A DNA stretch of 64,000 nt from assembly GCA_963668675.2 (NCBI GenBank), contig CAXXMB010000001.1:864001-928000 (forward strand). Direction: 5' to 3'. The notes under the pieces were generated by a model. It searched no databases. It worked only from the letters and a program-made list of their open reading frames with translations, and had not been told where the DNA came from. Shown here one piece after another: positions 39,615 to 49,600 of the stretch (position 1 is its first letter; each line of letters opens with the position of its first letter). This stretch comes from an uncultured Desulfatitalea sp. (lineage in GTDB: Bacteria > Desulfobacterota > Desulfobacteria > Desulfobacterales > Desulfosarcinaceae). Both the position numbers and the translations under genes were made by a program.

Positions 39615-40385
39615 TCAAGCCCCCATCTCTTCTACCAGGCGCGCTTTTGGGGAGAGAAACGCCTTGAGCTTTTCGGAAACGATGCGATGATTGTCTCCGG
39701 ATTGAATGGCCAGAATCCCCTGAACCACCATCTGTTTGGTGAGGATCTCCTGCCGGCTGCGTACCCTGAGTTTGCCCGAAATAGGCAAAAACAGCAGGTT
39801 GGCCAAGAGAACGCCGTAAAAAGTGGTCAGCAGTGCCACGGCCATGGGCGCGCCAATGGCGGATGGATCCTTCATCTGCATCAGCATCTGCACCAGACCG
39901 ATAATGGTCCCCAGCATCCCCACTGCCGGGGCAAAGGTGCCCATGGTCGAATAGATCTCGGCCCCCAGACGATGTCGCTCCTCCAGCCATAAGATCTCTG
40001 TATTGAGCACCTCCTCGATGGCGTCGTTCTCCATACCGTCGATGGCCATCTGCATGGCTCGGGACAAGAAGGGATCGTCGATCTCTTTGAGGTACTTCTC
40101 AAAGGCAAGGATCCCCTCCCTTCTTGTTCGTTTGGCGAAATCGACCATGGTGGGAATGATGCTCAACGGGCTAGGCGTTCGGTGCCGGAATGCGTTCTTG
40201 GTCACCTTGAACATGCTGACCAGATCCGAAATCGGATAGTTGATCAGTGTCGCACCCATTGTACCCCCCAGGACGATCATCAGGGAGGGGTAGCTGATGA
40301 ACCATGCTGCGGATCCGCCCATCAGGATTGAGACGAAAACGAGTCCGCTGGCGACGGCTATTCCAAGCAGTGTGGCTAAATCCAA
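39615..40385 (-). CDS. motA: Second stator A subunit (MotA/PomA/MotP family)
   Basis: TTG start after GGAGGA (MDLATLLG); APAVGMLGTIIGL, MAVALLTTFYG. Confidence 0.92.
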   Translation of the reverse strand: MDLATLLGIAVASGLVFVSILMGGSAAWFISYPSLMIVLGGTMGATLINYPISDLVSMFKVTKNAFRHRTPSPLSIIPTMVDFAKRTRREGILAFEKYLKEIDDPFLSRAMQMAIDGMENDAIEEVLNTEILWLEERHRLGAEIYSTMGTFAPAVGMLGTIIGLVQMLMQMKDPSAIGAPMAVALLTTFYGVLLANLLFLPISGKLRVRSRQEILTKQMVVQGILAIQSGDNHRIVSEKLKAFLSPKARLVEEMGA

Positions 40386-40438
40386 GATATCCTCCAAGGG
40401 ATGTTGATACGGTAAATCTCTAACCCGTTTAAGAGGTT

Positions 40439-40454
40439 AGCATGGAGTGTGCCA
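40439..40454 (-). promoter_or_regulatory. sigma54 promoter for motA2-motB'-motB-fliL...flhB
   Basis: Minus strand TGGCAC-ACTCC-ATGCT. Confidence 0.8.
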
Positions 40455-40668
40455 CAAGCGAGATAATCGACATAAGGGGATGATCGCGGCAAAAAACAAT
40501 TTTATCTTATTAATTTATTTATAAAATATTATTTTGAAGCTTTTGACTGAAATAGCTGAGGTAGGTAAAAATCAAAATGATAGAGTAACGGCGCCATTCG
40601 ATTTCCTGTCACTTTTCAAGGATGCGAGTCAACGCTTTGACGGGGGATGGAAAATTAGGAGGTCACTT

Positions 40669-40761
40669 GGGCGGGGATAAACCCCGCCCCTGCAATACCA
40701 CTGTATTACATCGAAATTTCTTTCTTCACAAACCTCGTAGGGGCGGGCTTTACGCCCGCCC
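40669..40761. repeat. Inverted pair of GTAG-family REP elements (REPIN-like)
   Basis: GTAGGGGCGGGCTTTACGCCCGCCC (40737-40761) and inverted GCAGGGGCGGGGTTTATCCCCGCCC (40669-40693), just downstream of flgE. Confidence 0.75.
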
Positions 40762-40801
40762 GCACCTGCATCTGTGCAATGACAATTTGGATAGAGTCGG
40801 C

Positions 40802-42022
40802 TTACCGTTTGATATTGATCAATTCGGACAGCACCTCGTCGCTGGTGGTGATCACTTTGGAGTTTGCCTGGAATGCGCGCTGGGTGGTAATCAGGGCCAC
40901 GAACTCCTGAGCCAGATCCACGTTGGACATCTCCAAACTGCTTGGCGCTATGGCGCCCACGCCTGCCGTGTTGGGAACCGAGATGACCGGCTGTCCCGAA
41001 GCCAGAGATGAGGTGAACATGTTGCTGCCCTGTTTGGCAAGGCCAGCGTAGCTGGCGAAGTCCGCCACGGCGATCTGAGCAAAGGGGGACATGGTGCCGT
41101 TCGAATAGAGCGCCGTGAATATTCCGTCCTCATCGACCGAGATGCCCTGAAGCATGCCACTCGGATAGCCGTCCTGGGTTTGGGAGGTCTTTACTGAAGA
41201 GCCGGCATACTGGGTGATCGAGCCATCCGAAGCGTTGGCTGCATCCAGAATGGTCCAATCGATATTCAGCGTTTCGCCCGGTAGCGTCAATACAATTTGT
41301 GGATCAGTAGAGGCCGGGACGGATGTTCCCGGGACGAGGTTGCCGCTGGCGTCGAATCGAAACTCGTTGGGAGTGCCGACTGCAGGGGTGGCCGTTCCGG
41401 TGGAGGGGACGACATAGTAGTCCCAACGGTCTGCCGCCCGAACGAAATTGAAGTTGAGCTCAACCGAGTTTCCAACCGAATCATAAACCGACACGGTCGT
41501 GTCGAACGTATCCCCTACTGCAGCACTGGCATCGAGATTGATCCCCATGGTGACTTCGGTGGTGGCCTGGGGGGTGCTGATGCCATTGGGCAGCGCGATG
41601 GTCCCGAGGGCCCCCACATTGCCGGCCGGATCGATGGAATAGCCCTGAACTTCGAGGCCATCCGAATTGACCAGCAGGTTGCTGCCATCAAATTCGAACT
41701 GCCCGGCGCGGGTATAGTATTGGCCGTTGTTGGACGGGTCGCGCACGATGAACATACCCGGCCCGTTGATGGCAAGATCGGTGACCGTGTTGGTGGTCTC
41801 CATGGTGCCCGAATTCCAGTTTGCGGAGGTGCCGCTCATGGTGACGCCGCGTCCGATCTGATTCCGACTCTGTCCCAACGTCGCATTGAATACGTTGGAA
41901 AACTCCACCCTGGATGTCTTGAACCCGGTGGTGTTGACATTGGCGATGTTGTCGCCGATGACCGCCATAGCACTGGTATTGGCTTTCAAGCCCGATATTC
42001 CTGAATAAAGCGATCCGATCAT
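40802..42022 (-). CDS. flgE: Hook protein FlgE
   Basis: SLYSGISGL, IGDNIANVNTTGFK, YTRAGQF, LEMSNVDLAQEF, TQRAFQANSK. Confidence 0.96.
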   Translation of the reverse strand: MIGSLYSGISGLKANTSAMAVIGDNIANVNTTGFKTSRVEFSNVFNATLGQSRNQIGRGVTMSGTSANWNSGTMETTNTVTDLAINGPGMFIVRDPSNNGQYYTRAGQFEFDGSNLLVNSDGLEVQGYSIDPAGNVGALGTIALPNGISTPQATTEVTMGINLDASAAVGDTFDTTVSVYDSVGNSVELNFNFVRAADRWDYYVVPSTGTATPAVGTPNEFRFDASGNLVPGTSVPASTDPQIVLTLPGETLNIDWTILDAANASDGSITQYAGSSVKTSQTQDGYPSGMLQGISVDEDGIFTALYSNGTMSPFAQIAVADFASYAGLAKQGSNMFTSSLASGQPVISVPNTAGVGAIAPSSLEMSNVDLAQEFVALITTQRAFQANSKVITTSDEVLSELINIKR

Positions 42023-42139
42023 GGTGATACTCCCTTTTTTGAAGTTGAATTGCTGCTGTTATGCATATTGAATGTGATCGTGTTGTTTTGATTAAGGTCT
42101 CGTTCGTTTTGGAACCCACCCGCTAAATCTCTACAACTC

Positions 42140-42820
42140 CTAATCCTGTTGAACCTGCGGAAGCCCGACGCTGACGACGTTGCCCATGGGAATCTCACGA
42201 TTACCGCACTGCAGATAGGCGACCCCATCCTTGTAGTTGACACCGGTGACCGTTCCGGATGCGAACGTCGTGGCAGTGACGGAATTCCCGGATTCATCGA
42301 CGGCCGCCACCTCATACGAGTAAGTGCCGTCGGGCACCTGTCCGCCCAGATAGTCCACGCCGTCCCAGACCACCTCATGCTCACCGGCCGCCAACTGGCC
42401 GACGTCAATCTGGCGGATGAAGTTGCCAATCTGGTCATAGACTTGAACGTAGAGCTCTGCAGCGGGTTTGCTCAACGTAAACTCAATTCCCTGGCTCATC
42501 CCGGACTCCACATCGACCGAATCCCCCAGTGCGGTGATCGTCTTGCCGATAAATCCCACGGCCTGACTGCTTGTCAGTACCGATTGGGAAGTACCGATAT
42601 CGCTGAGGGTCATATTGATGTTCTGCAACTGCTCCAGAGAGCTGAACTGGGCCAACTGAGCGGTAAACCCTGTGCTGTCCATGGGATTGAGCGGATCCTG
42701 GGCCTCCAGCTGAGCCACCAGCAGCTGCAGGAAATCGTCTTTGCCCATGACATCGTTGTTCGAAGCTGCAGTGACCTGACCACCGCTTGAAGCAACATTT
42801 TCTAAACCGTAGATTGCCAT
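42140..42820 (-). CDS. flgD: Hook cap protein FlgD
   Basis: DDFLQLLVAQLEAQDPLNPMD, QLAQFSSLEQ, WDG. Confidence 0.96.
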   Translation of the reverse strand: MAIYGLENVASSGGQVTAASNNDVMGKDDFLQLLVAQLEAQDPLNPMDSTGFTAQLAQFSSLEQLQNINMTLSDIGTSQSVLTSSQAVGFIGKTITALGDSVDVESGMSQGIEFTLSKPAAELYVQVYDQIGNFIRQIDVGQLAAGEHEVVWDGVDYLGGQVPDGTYSYEVAAVDESGNSVTATTFASGTVTGVNYKDGVAYLQCGNREIPMGNVVSVGLPQVQQD

Positions 42821-42845
42821 TTAATCCTCCTCCAGGATCGGCTGC

Positions 42846-44426
42846 TTATGCGAAAAAATCGACCTCACTGGTTTTGCTCTGCGTAGCCTCGGGAGCCGAG
42901 CGCTTCTGAATGCCCTCCCCGTCCCTTCCCGACGCCTCTCCACCTGGCCGCCGATTGCCCTGGCGCTGGCCGCTGCGATGTTGGGCCTGCTCGAAGGCCG
43001 TCTGTTGCTGACCGCCGGCCCACTGATCGTTGTTCTGGGAGACGGTGACATCCACTTTTTGAACCTGAAGGCCTTGTTGCTGCAACTCGGTTTTGAGCAG
43101 GCCGATGTTCTGCTCGATCATCTCCTTGACCGATTGGCTCTCAGCCGTCATACGCACCATGACAAGCCGGTTTTCGGTGATGACATCCATTCTCAGATTG
43201 CCCAGGAATTCAGGCTTGAGCCGAATCTGCATCTGCGACTGGCGTCCATCCGACCGCAGTGACATGCGCTGCACGATCTGACGCACGATGTCGGTCTCCA
43301 TCTCCTTTGAGCCTGAGGGCAGTTCCCCGCTCTCCTCCTTGGTGTGAACCGTCATCTTTCCATCCGACACCTCCGGTGATGGTACGCTGAACGGTTGCTG
43401 ACCATCTATGGTGGTGGTCGCACCGGCGGCGCCACTGGATAAACCCTGGCCTGCATTGTTGGTAAGCGGCGCTGCTTTTTCTCCCGAATCCCCGGGCCTG
43501 ATGCGCTGCTTCAATTCGACATCTCCCAGTATCGGCTCATCCGCCACCTTTTGCTGCGACTGTGGAACCGCCTCTTTGCTTCCGGCCTGGGGCGCCATGT
43601 CGGCAAAACCTTTTTTCTGGCCTTCCGTACCGGCATTGGCAGCCTTACGAGCCGCTGCCTCGAAAGTTGCGCCGTCATCAGCGGTGATCGCCTCGTTTTC
43701 GACTTGATCTGCCAATGCGCCATTCACAACCGGCGACTTACCTGAAACATTGTTGGCAACCGGTTTGGCCTGTGCCTGTGCCAAGGCCGATTCATCTGTC
43801 CCCGGTCTGCCGTGCCCCTGCTCAGCCTGCACCATCTGCTTGAAGAGGCCACTGTTCTGCAAAGGCAGTTCGATTTCTCCGGATTCCGCCTCCTTGCCCT
43901 CGCCCATCTGTTCCGTCATCCGGTCAACCATCCACTTCATGGCGCGCTGCCGTAGGGCGCTATCTCTACCAGCGCCTTCAAAAGTGAGATCTCCCGATAC
44001 AAACGGTTCATCAGCATCCGACTCGCCTTGACCGAGGAGGCCCGAAATCATTTTGGAAACGGCTGCCTCATCCAGATCCAGCTCAGCATCCATATCTGGA
44101 TTGATGGCATCGCCTTCCTCTTCGACCTTAACTCCCTCCAAACTAAACATGGCTGCTTTGTCGTCGACCAGTTTGGCCAGGTCAATCACCGGCACCCACT
44201 CCGTCGAGGCCTCTCCCATCTCCAGGGTCTCCATATTGGCCAGTGACGCCTCCAACTGCTCCGCCGGCATACGGAAAAAAGCGGCCATGATATCCGCAAA
44301 ACCAGAATTGCCGTCAGCACAGCTGAACTGTCCATCCGTCGGCATTTTGACGGCGACCCTCTGCATACTCGATGGTCCCGCAAATCCCTGTGTGTTGACT
44401 TCGAATAGTTGCATTGTAAACTGCAT
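42846..44426 (-). CDS. fliK: Hook-length control protein FliK
   Basis: Low-complexity acidic N-terminus; C-terminal T3S4 domain (IRLKPEFLGNL); between fliJ and flgD. Confidence 0.9.
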   Translation of the reverse strand: MQFTMQLFEVNTQGFAGPSSMQRVAVKMPTDGQFSCADGNSGFADIMAAFFRMPAEQLEASLANMETLEMGEASTEWVPVIDLAKLVDDKAAMFSLEGVKVEEEGDAINPDMDAELDLDEAAVSKMISGLLGQGESDADEPFVSGDLTFEGAGRDSALRQRAMKWMVDRMTEQMGEGKEAESGEIELPLQNSGLFKQMVQAEQGHGRPGTDESALAQAQAKPVANNVSGKSPVVNGALADQVENEAITADDGATFEAAARKAANAGTEGQKKGFADMAPQAGSKEAVPQSQQKVADEPILGDVELKQRIRPGDSGEKAAPLTNNAGQGLSSGAAGATTTIDGQQPFSVPSPEVSDGKMTVHTKEESGELPSGSKEMETDIVRQIVQRMSLRSDGRQSQMQIRLKPEFLGNLRMDVITENRLVMVRMTAESQSVKEMIEQNIGLLKTELQQQGLQVQKVDVTVSQNNDQWAGGQQQTAFEQAQHRSGQRQGNRRPGGEASGRDGEGIQKRSAPEATQSKTSEVDFFA

Positions 44427-44437
44427 CTTCTTTTCCT

Positions 44438-44878
44438 TTATCTGCGCTTTAGCATGAAGCGATTGATGGCAATCTCGTCGATGAATTTCCCTTCATCGCG
44501 GTTTTGGTCTTCCTGATAGTTCTGCTCCCCCTTCTCTTTGAGCCGATCGAGTGCTTTTCTGTTTTTCATTGCCTCGAGTAGTTCCTGGCGCTTCTTTTCG
44601 CAGGCTTTTTCAGCGACCATCAGTTTCTGTTGCAGCACGTCGATCTCTTCGCAGAGGCGTTGCAGAAAGCTGCGATACATGGCGGCCAGGGAGGCGGCGT
44701 TACCATCCTGCTTTTCGGCAAACGCCTGTTCGGTCCTCTGTCGCAAAGCGACCTGGTCGGCCACTCTCTGAGCCGCTTCATCTCGTTTGCGCTGGGCCTC
44801 GGAGAACTCCTTCTGCATGCGTTCCTCTTCAAATTCCCTGAATCTGCGCAAGGCTTCCAATTTGAAGGTGTATGGCAT
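44438..44878 (-). CDS. fliJ: Export ATPase stalk protein FliJ
   Basis: YTFKLEAL, coiled coil, RKALDRLKEK, KFIDE; follows fliI. Confidence 0.9.
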   Translation of the reverse strand: MPYTFKLEALRRFREFEEERMQKEFSEAQRKRDEAAQRVADQVALRQRTEQAFAEKQDGNAASLAAMYRSFLQRLCEEIDVLQQKLMVAEKACEKKRQELLEAMKNRKALDRLKEKGEQNYQEDQNRDEGKFIDEIAINRFMLKRR

Positions 44879-44887
44879 GACCCCCCG

Positions 44888-46846
44888 CTATTGTGTAATG
44901 ATGACCTTTTCAAGTTGCTGCAGACTCTCTTCAAAGCCCACCTTTTCTCCGATATCCTGCCTCAAAAATCCGTTAATCTGACCGATCTTGGCGATGGCCC
45001 GGTCGATCGTCGGATTGCTGCCGCTCACATAGGCGCCGATGTTGATCAGATCCTCCGATTTTCGATAGGTCGCGAGAAGCTCTTTGAGGCTTTTGGCGTG
45101 GTGCTTGTGCTGCAGCGATGCGATGTCTTCCATCACGCGGCTGATGCTTTTCAGCACATCGATGGCCGGGTAGTGGTTTTGATGGGCCAGTTCACGGCTC
45201 AATACGATATGACCGTCCAGGATCGAACGCGCCGCGTCTGCGATGGGCTCGTTCATATCGTCTCCCTCGACCAGCACGGTATAGAGCCCGGTAATACTGC
45301 CGTCGTGGTCGGAAGTGCCGGCGCGCTCGAGCAGTTTGGGCAGCATCGTAAACACCGATGGCGTATATCCCTTGGTGGTCGGCGGTTCGCCAAGCGCCAA
45401 CCCTATCTCCCGTTGTGCCATCGCAAAACGGGTCAGTGAATCCATCATCAGGTTGACCGACATGCCCTGGTCTCGAAAATACTCTGCGATGGCAGTTGCC
45501 ACGAACGCGCCGCGGACACGCACCAGAGGCAGATGGTCGGAGGTGGCCACCACGACCACCGATTTGCGAAGCCCCTCCTGGCCGAGCTCCTTTTCGAGAA
45601 AGTCGTTGAGCTCACGGCCGCGCTCACCGATGAGCGCAATCACATTGACATCGGCACTGCTTTCACGGGCAATCATGCCCATGAGGACACTTTTACCGAC
45701 GCCCGATCCCGCAAAGATGCCCATGCGTTGTCCGCAGCCCACCGTAAGCAAGCCATTGATGACGCGGACGCCAAGATCCAGAGGGGTTTTAATGCGTTGC
45801 CGTAACAACGGATTGATCGGGCTTGCGTAGATGGGATAATCGACTTCGCTGGGTACCGGTCCTTGACCGTCTATCGGAGTGCCAAGGCCGTCGATCACCC
45901 TGCCCAGCAGCTTGGGCCCTACCGCGATGGATGCCTTTTCCCCTCTGGCCACGACCTTGCTGCCAGGCCCAATGCTGCGAATCTCCTCAAGCGGCATCAT
46001 CAAGACGGTACGGTCCCTGAATCCCAACACCTCCGCCGTCACTGGAGGTTCGTTAGGGCTTGCCAAAATATCGCACATCGCACCCAGCTTGACAGCAGGG
46101 CCATTGGCTTCGACAATCAGCCCCACCACCTGTGTCACATGCCCATACGTTTTCACCGGTACAGTGTTTTGAACCTTTTGACGGTAATGCGTCAGTGAAG
46201 CGTGTTCCGAATCGGATCGGCGCAGCGCCGCCTTGGTTTCCGAAACCGCCTGAAGCAGATGCTCTGCGATGGTCGCCAGTTGCTGTTCGATGCGCGCGTC
46301 GATGACACCGAAATCGGTTTCCAGAACACACCCCCCCCTGCTGATGGCCGGGTCTGGCGTGACCTGGATATTGCTCAGCGCTTCTGGATCGGTCAGATGC
46401 TCCTTCAAAATACGTTGGATTATCACGCAGTCGCCATCATTGGCTTTGATCTTTAGCTTCTCCTGGTCCAATCCCATCGCCACTGTCCGGTGCAGCATTG
46501 CGTCGGCCAACTCGGGACGCTGCTCTATTTCACGCGAAATCATTCGACCGGCAAGGGCCAACGCAATTTTTACGGTGCTCTCTTCACACTGATCGCGCAT
46601 TAGGATCGATTGATCCTGAAGTGACACTGCTGCCGATACCAACATCTCTTTCAACGGGGCGAGTTTTCCCTTTTCGCCCTCGAGATTCTGGCTGCAGCCC
46701 TGCTTGTATCCATCCTCGAAGGCCTGCGCCTCAATGACCGAAATTTTGTGAGACAGCTCATCTTCACCGTCAGGCGTCGGATGTTGCCCGCACGCTCCAT
46801 CCAGGTCTGCAGGAACATTGATTTCCGGAAAACAGTACAGATCCAT
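44888..46846 (-). CDS. fliI: FliH-FliI fusion: flagellar export ATPase with N-terminal FliH domain
   Basis: One ORF. First ~200 aa are FliH (AFEDGYKQG, DPAISRGGCVLETDFGVIDARIEQQL); remainder is FliI (FAGSGVGKS, LIGERGRE, DSLTRFAMAQRE, LDGHIVL). GAGGAGG RBS before ATG 46846. Confidence 0.93.
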   Translation of the reverse strand: MDLYCFPEINVPADLDGACGQHPTPDGEDELSHKISVIEAQAFEDGYKQGCSQNLEGEKGKLAPLKEMLVSAAVSLQDQSILMRDQCEESTVKIALALAGRMISREIEQRPELADAMLHRTVAMGLDQEKLKIKANDGDCVIIQRILKEHLTDPEALSNIQVTPDPAISRGGCVLETDFGVIDARIEQQLATIAEHLLQAVSETKAALRRSDSEHASLTHYRQKVQNTVPVKTYGHVTQVVGLIVEANGPAVKLGAMCDILASPNEPPVTAEVLGFRDRTVLMMPLEEIRSIGPGSKVVARGEKASIAVGPKLLGRVIDGLGTPIDGQGPVPSEVDYPIYASPINPLLRQRIKTPLDLGVRVINGLLTVGCGQRMGIFAGSGVGKSVLMGMIARESSADVNVIALIGERGRELNDFLEKELGQEGLRKSVVVVATSDHLPLVRVRGAFVATAIAEYFRDQGMSVNLMMDSLTRFAMAQREIGLALGEPPTTKGYTPSVFTMLPKLLERAGTSDHDGSITGLYTVLVEGDDMNEPIADAARSILDGHIVLSRELAHQNHYPAIDVLKSISRVMEDIASLQHKHHAKSLKELLATYRKSEDLINIGAYVSGSNPTIDRAIAKIGQINGFLRQDIGEKVGFEESLQQLEKVIITQ

Positions 46847-46863
46847 TTTGTCCCTCCTCGGCA

Positions 46864-47838
46864 TTATCCGACGAACTCTTCCCCACCACGGCCGGTGATG
46901 ATCAGTTCACCCTTGCGTTCCATATCCTGGACGATGCGGGTGATCTTCTGCTGAGCATCGGTTACATCCTTCATTCTCACGGAGCCGGTCACCTCCATCT
47001 CCTCTTTGAGAATCTCTGCAGCGCGCTGGGACATGTTGCGGAAAATTTTCTCTTTTACCTCTTCCGATGCGGCTTTCAATGCCACGGCCAACTCCTGGGA
47101 CTCCACGTTGCGGAGCACCTTTTGCAGACCTTTGTCATCCACCAGAACGACATCTTCGAACACAAACATCATCTGTTTGATCTCTTCGGCAAGATCGGGA
47201 TCGTTCTCCTCAATCTCATCGATGATCTGTTCAACGGTGCTTCCGTCGATCTGATTGAGTATTTCAGCCAATCGGCCAACCCCTCCGGCCTCCTCTGTGG
47301 AGACGTGATCCTTGTTTTTGAGAATCTCCTCGAAAACCTTGTCCACTTCCTTGACCATGCCAGCCAGCACGTTGTTGAGATTGGCAATGCGGTAGGCCAC
47401 ATCTGTAATTGTCTCTTCGGGCAGGCGGCCCAATATGTCGCTTGCCACTGTTGAATCGAGATGGACCAAGATCAGTGCGATGGTCTGGGGATGTTCATCC
47501 TTGATCAACTGAATCAACTGGTTGGGATCGATATTTTGAACCGCCTCAAGCGTCGCCTTTTTGGGGCCTTTTTTACTCTCTTTTTCGGCTTTATCTTCAA
47601 CCGCAACATCGCCGCCGGGATTGACGAGCTGCAATGGCATTCCGGTTTTTTCGATGAATTCCTGGGCGACATTGTTGATCAGGGATTGCGGCACTCTACC
47701 GAGCCTCGATTGCAGACGCGATATCAGCGCCCGTTCATCGTCTGAAAACTGGCCGACGATGGCCTGCGCCGCCTCATGGCCAATCGCCATGGTCAAGATC
47801 GCTACTTTGACAGAGCCTTTGAGTTGATTGGGATCCAT
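46864..47838 (-). CDS. fliG: C-ring rotor protein FliG
   Basis: KVAIL, EHPQTIALIL, GG..RLAEILN, MFVFED, NMSQRA, AQQKI. Confidence 0.96.
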   Translation of the reverse strand: MDPNQLKGSVKVAILTMAIGHEAAQAIVGQFSDDERALISRLQSRLGRVPQSLINNVAQEFIEKTGMPLQLVNPGGDVAVEDKAEKESKKGPKKATLEAVQNIDPNQLIQLIKDEHPQTIALILVHLDSTVASDILGRLPEETITDVAYRIANLNNVLAGMVKEVDKVFEEILKNKDHVSTEEAGGVGRLAEILNQIDGSTVEQIIDEIEENDPDLAEEIKQMMFVFEDVVLVDDKGLQKVLRNVESQELAVALKAASEEVKEKIFRNMSQRAAEILKEEMEVTGSVRMKDVTDAQQKITRIVQDMERKGELIITGRGGEEFVG

Positions 47839-47929
47839 GGTTCGATCTATTTCCGAATCTGCTGTCCCTGAATGGAACGATTAAAAAGTGTTAGGTGTTC
47901 AATTTAACAATGAAGGTATGCCGTCACGT

Positions 47930-49531
47930 TTATGTTTCCTTTAACCACTGCTGCATTAATTTACCGGTATCACCCTGATTTGATTTGATCATGCTGGCCG
48001 CTTGCTGAACATAGTCCACTCCTGATTTATCCGCATACTGCCCCTCTATTTCCGAGAGCGTTCGCGGAAGATGCTCGAGTAGATCCACATCCTCCCAAGC
48101 CGTTTCGGTCAGCCATGAAATCAGGGGGCGAATCACATAGAGAAAGGTGAAGAGGACGAAGATGCCGACGATCAAATATTTGATAATGCCACCGAAATCC
48201 CTGAGGGTGTCGAGCCAGCCACCGGTGGGGTCTGTCGTTTGATCGACCAACGGATCGTTGTTGAAGGGGATATTGGCCACCTCGATCTTGTCGCCCCTTT
48301 GCCCGTCAAAATTGACCGCACTCTTTACGATGTTTTCGAAGGTCGCCATCTCCTCAACGCTGCGAGGCACGTACTGGCTCTCTTCACGCTGTTTGTCGCC
48401 TTTGCCCACCGTCACCGTCTTGTAGGTGCCGTCCACAACCACCGCCACTGAAAGGCGCTGCAGGTCTCCCACCGGCATCACCTTTCGGCTGGTGGTTTTC
48501 CCAATTTCATAGTTGCGGGTGGCATCGTTTTTTTCGAAGCCGCTGCTCTTTAGCGGTGTTGTGGTGGCTGTCTCGGGTCGGGTGATGTTGCTGGCCAATC
48601 CAGGTACGCCAACCGCTCCGGCATCGCCTTTTGAGGAGGCTTCGTTGGAGAGCTGTTCGCTGCGAACCACCTGATTTTCTGGAAGATACATCTCTTCTGT
48701 TTTTTCATGCTGGACGAAGTCGAGATCGCAGGCAACGCGCACAATGGCCTTATCCTTGCCCAGGACCTTTTCGAGCATGGTCATCACACGCTTTTCCAGC
48801 AGACGCTCCTTGCGCTGTTGAAACTCCAGATGATCGGCGCTCAATTTGGTCATGGAGGGTTCATCGTCGAGACCGGCCAGCATCTTGCCGTCCTGGTCCA
48901 CGATGGTGACCTGGCCGGGTTGCAGCCGGGGTACGCTTGATGAGACGAGGTGCACAATGCCCTGGATCTGGTCTTCGCTGAGCCAACGACCGTGTCTCAA
49001 CTTCAGGATAACCGATGCGCTGGCCTGGTCCTCCTGCTCGATAAAGAGAGAGCGGTCCGGCATAACGATGTGAACGCGCGAACTGTCAACTTCGGACAGG
49101 CCGTTGATGGTTCTGCTCAGCTCCCCCTGCAGGGCGCGTTGATAGTTGATGTTCTGGACAAACTCGGTCATGCCCAGCTTGGCATTGTCGAACACTTCGA
49201 AGCCGGTGCCGCCTCGGGGAAGTCCCTGCGAGGCAAGATCGAGGCGCAGCTCGTATATCCGCTCCCGCGGTACCTGAATCGTACCGCCATCGTGCGAGAG
49301 GCGATACTCGATCTTCTTTTCCCTTAAAAGCGATACCACCTGGCTGGCATCCTCAGGTGACAGATGGCTGTAAAGGGGGATATAATCGGGTTTTCCGGAC
49401 CAACTGATCATGACCACCAATCCGGCAACCGTCACTGAGACCAGCAGAAAGAGGGCCATCATCTTGCCGGCGGACATGGTCTGCACGATGGCTCTTAACT
49501 GTTTGAGGATTTCAACTATGGAATTGGGCAT
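47930..49531 (-). CDS. fliF: MS-ring protein FliF
   Basis: GFEVFD, GMTEF..NINYQRALQGELSRTI, ASASV, RNYE, RLSVAVVV, RGD. Confidence 0.96.
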   Translation of the reverse strand: MPNSIVEILKQLRAIVQTMSAGKMMALFLLVSVTVAGLVVMISWSGKPDYIPLYSHLSPEDASQVVSLLREKKIEYRLSHDGGTIQVPRERIYELRLDLASQGLPRGGTGFEVFDNAKLGMTEFVQNINYQRALQGELSRTINGLSEVDSSRVHIVMPDRSLFIEQEDQASASVILKLRHGRWLSEDQIQGIVHLVSSSVPRLQPGQVTIVDQDGKMLAGLDDEPSMTKLSADHLEFQQRKERLLEKRVMTMLEKVLGKDKAIVRVACDLDFVQHEKTEEMYLPENQVVRSEQLSNEASSKGDAGAVGVPGLASNITRPETATTTPLKSSGFEKNDATRNYEIGKTTSRKVMPVGDLQRLSVAVVVDGTYKTVTVGKGDKQREESQYVPRSVEEMATFENIVKSAVNFDGQRGDKIEVANIPFNNDPLVDQTTDPTGGWLDTLRDFGGIIKYLIVGIFVLFTFLYVIRPLISWLTETAWEDVDLLEHLPRTLSEIEGQYADKSGVDYVQQAASMIKSNQGDTGKLMQQWLKET

Positions 49532-49600
49532 CGTATCGTCTCGTCTGTCGTTGCTGTGAAACGTTTAGGGGCGATATGCTCAGATCATGAAAAGCATCGA

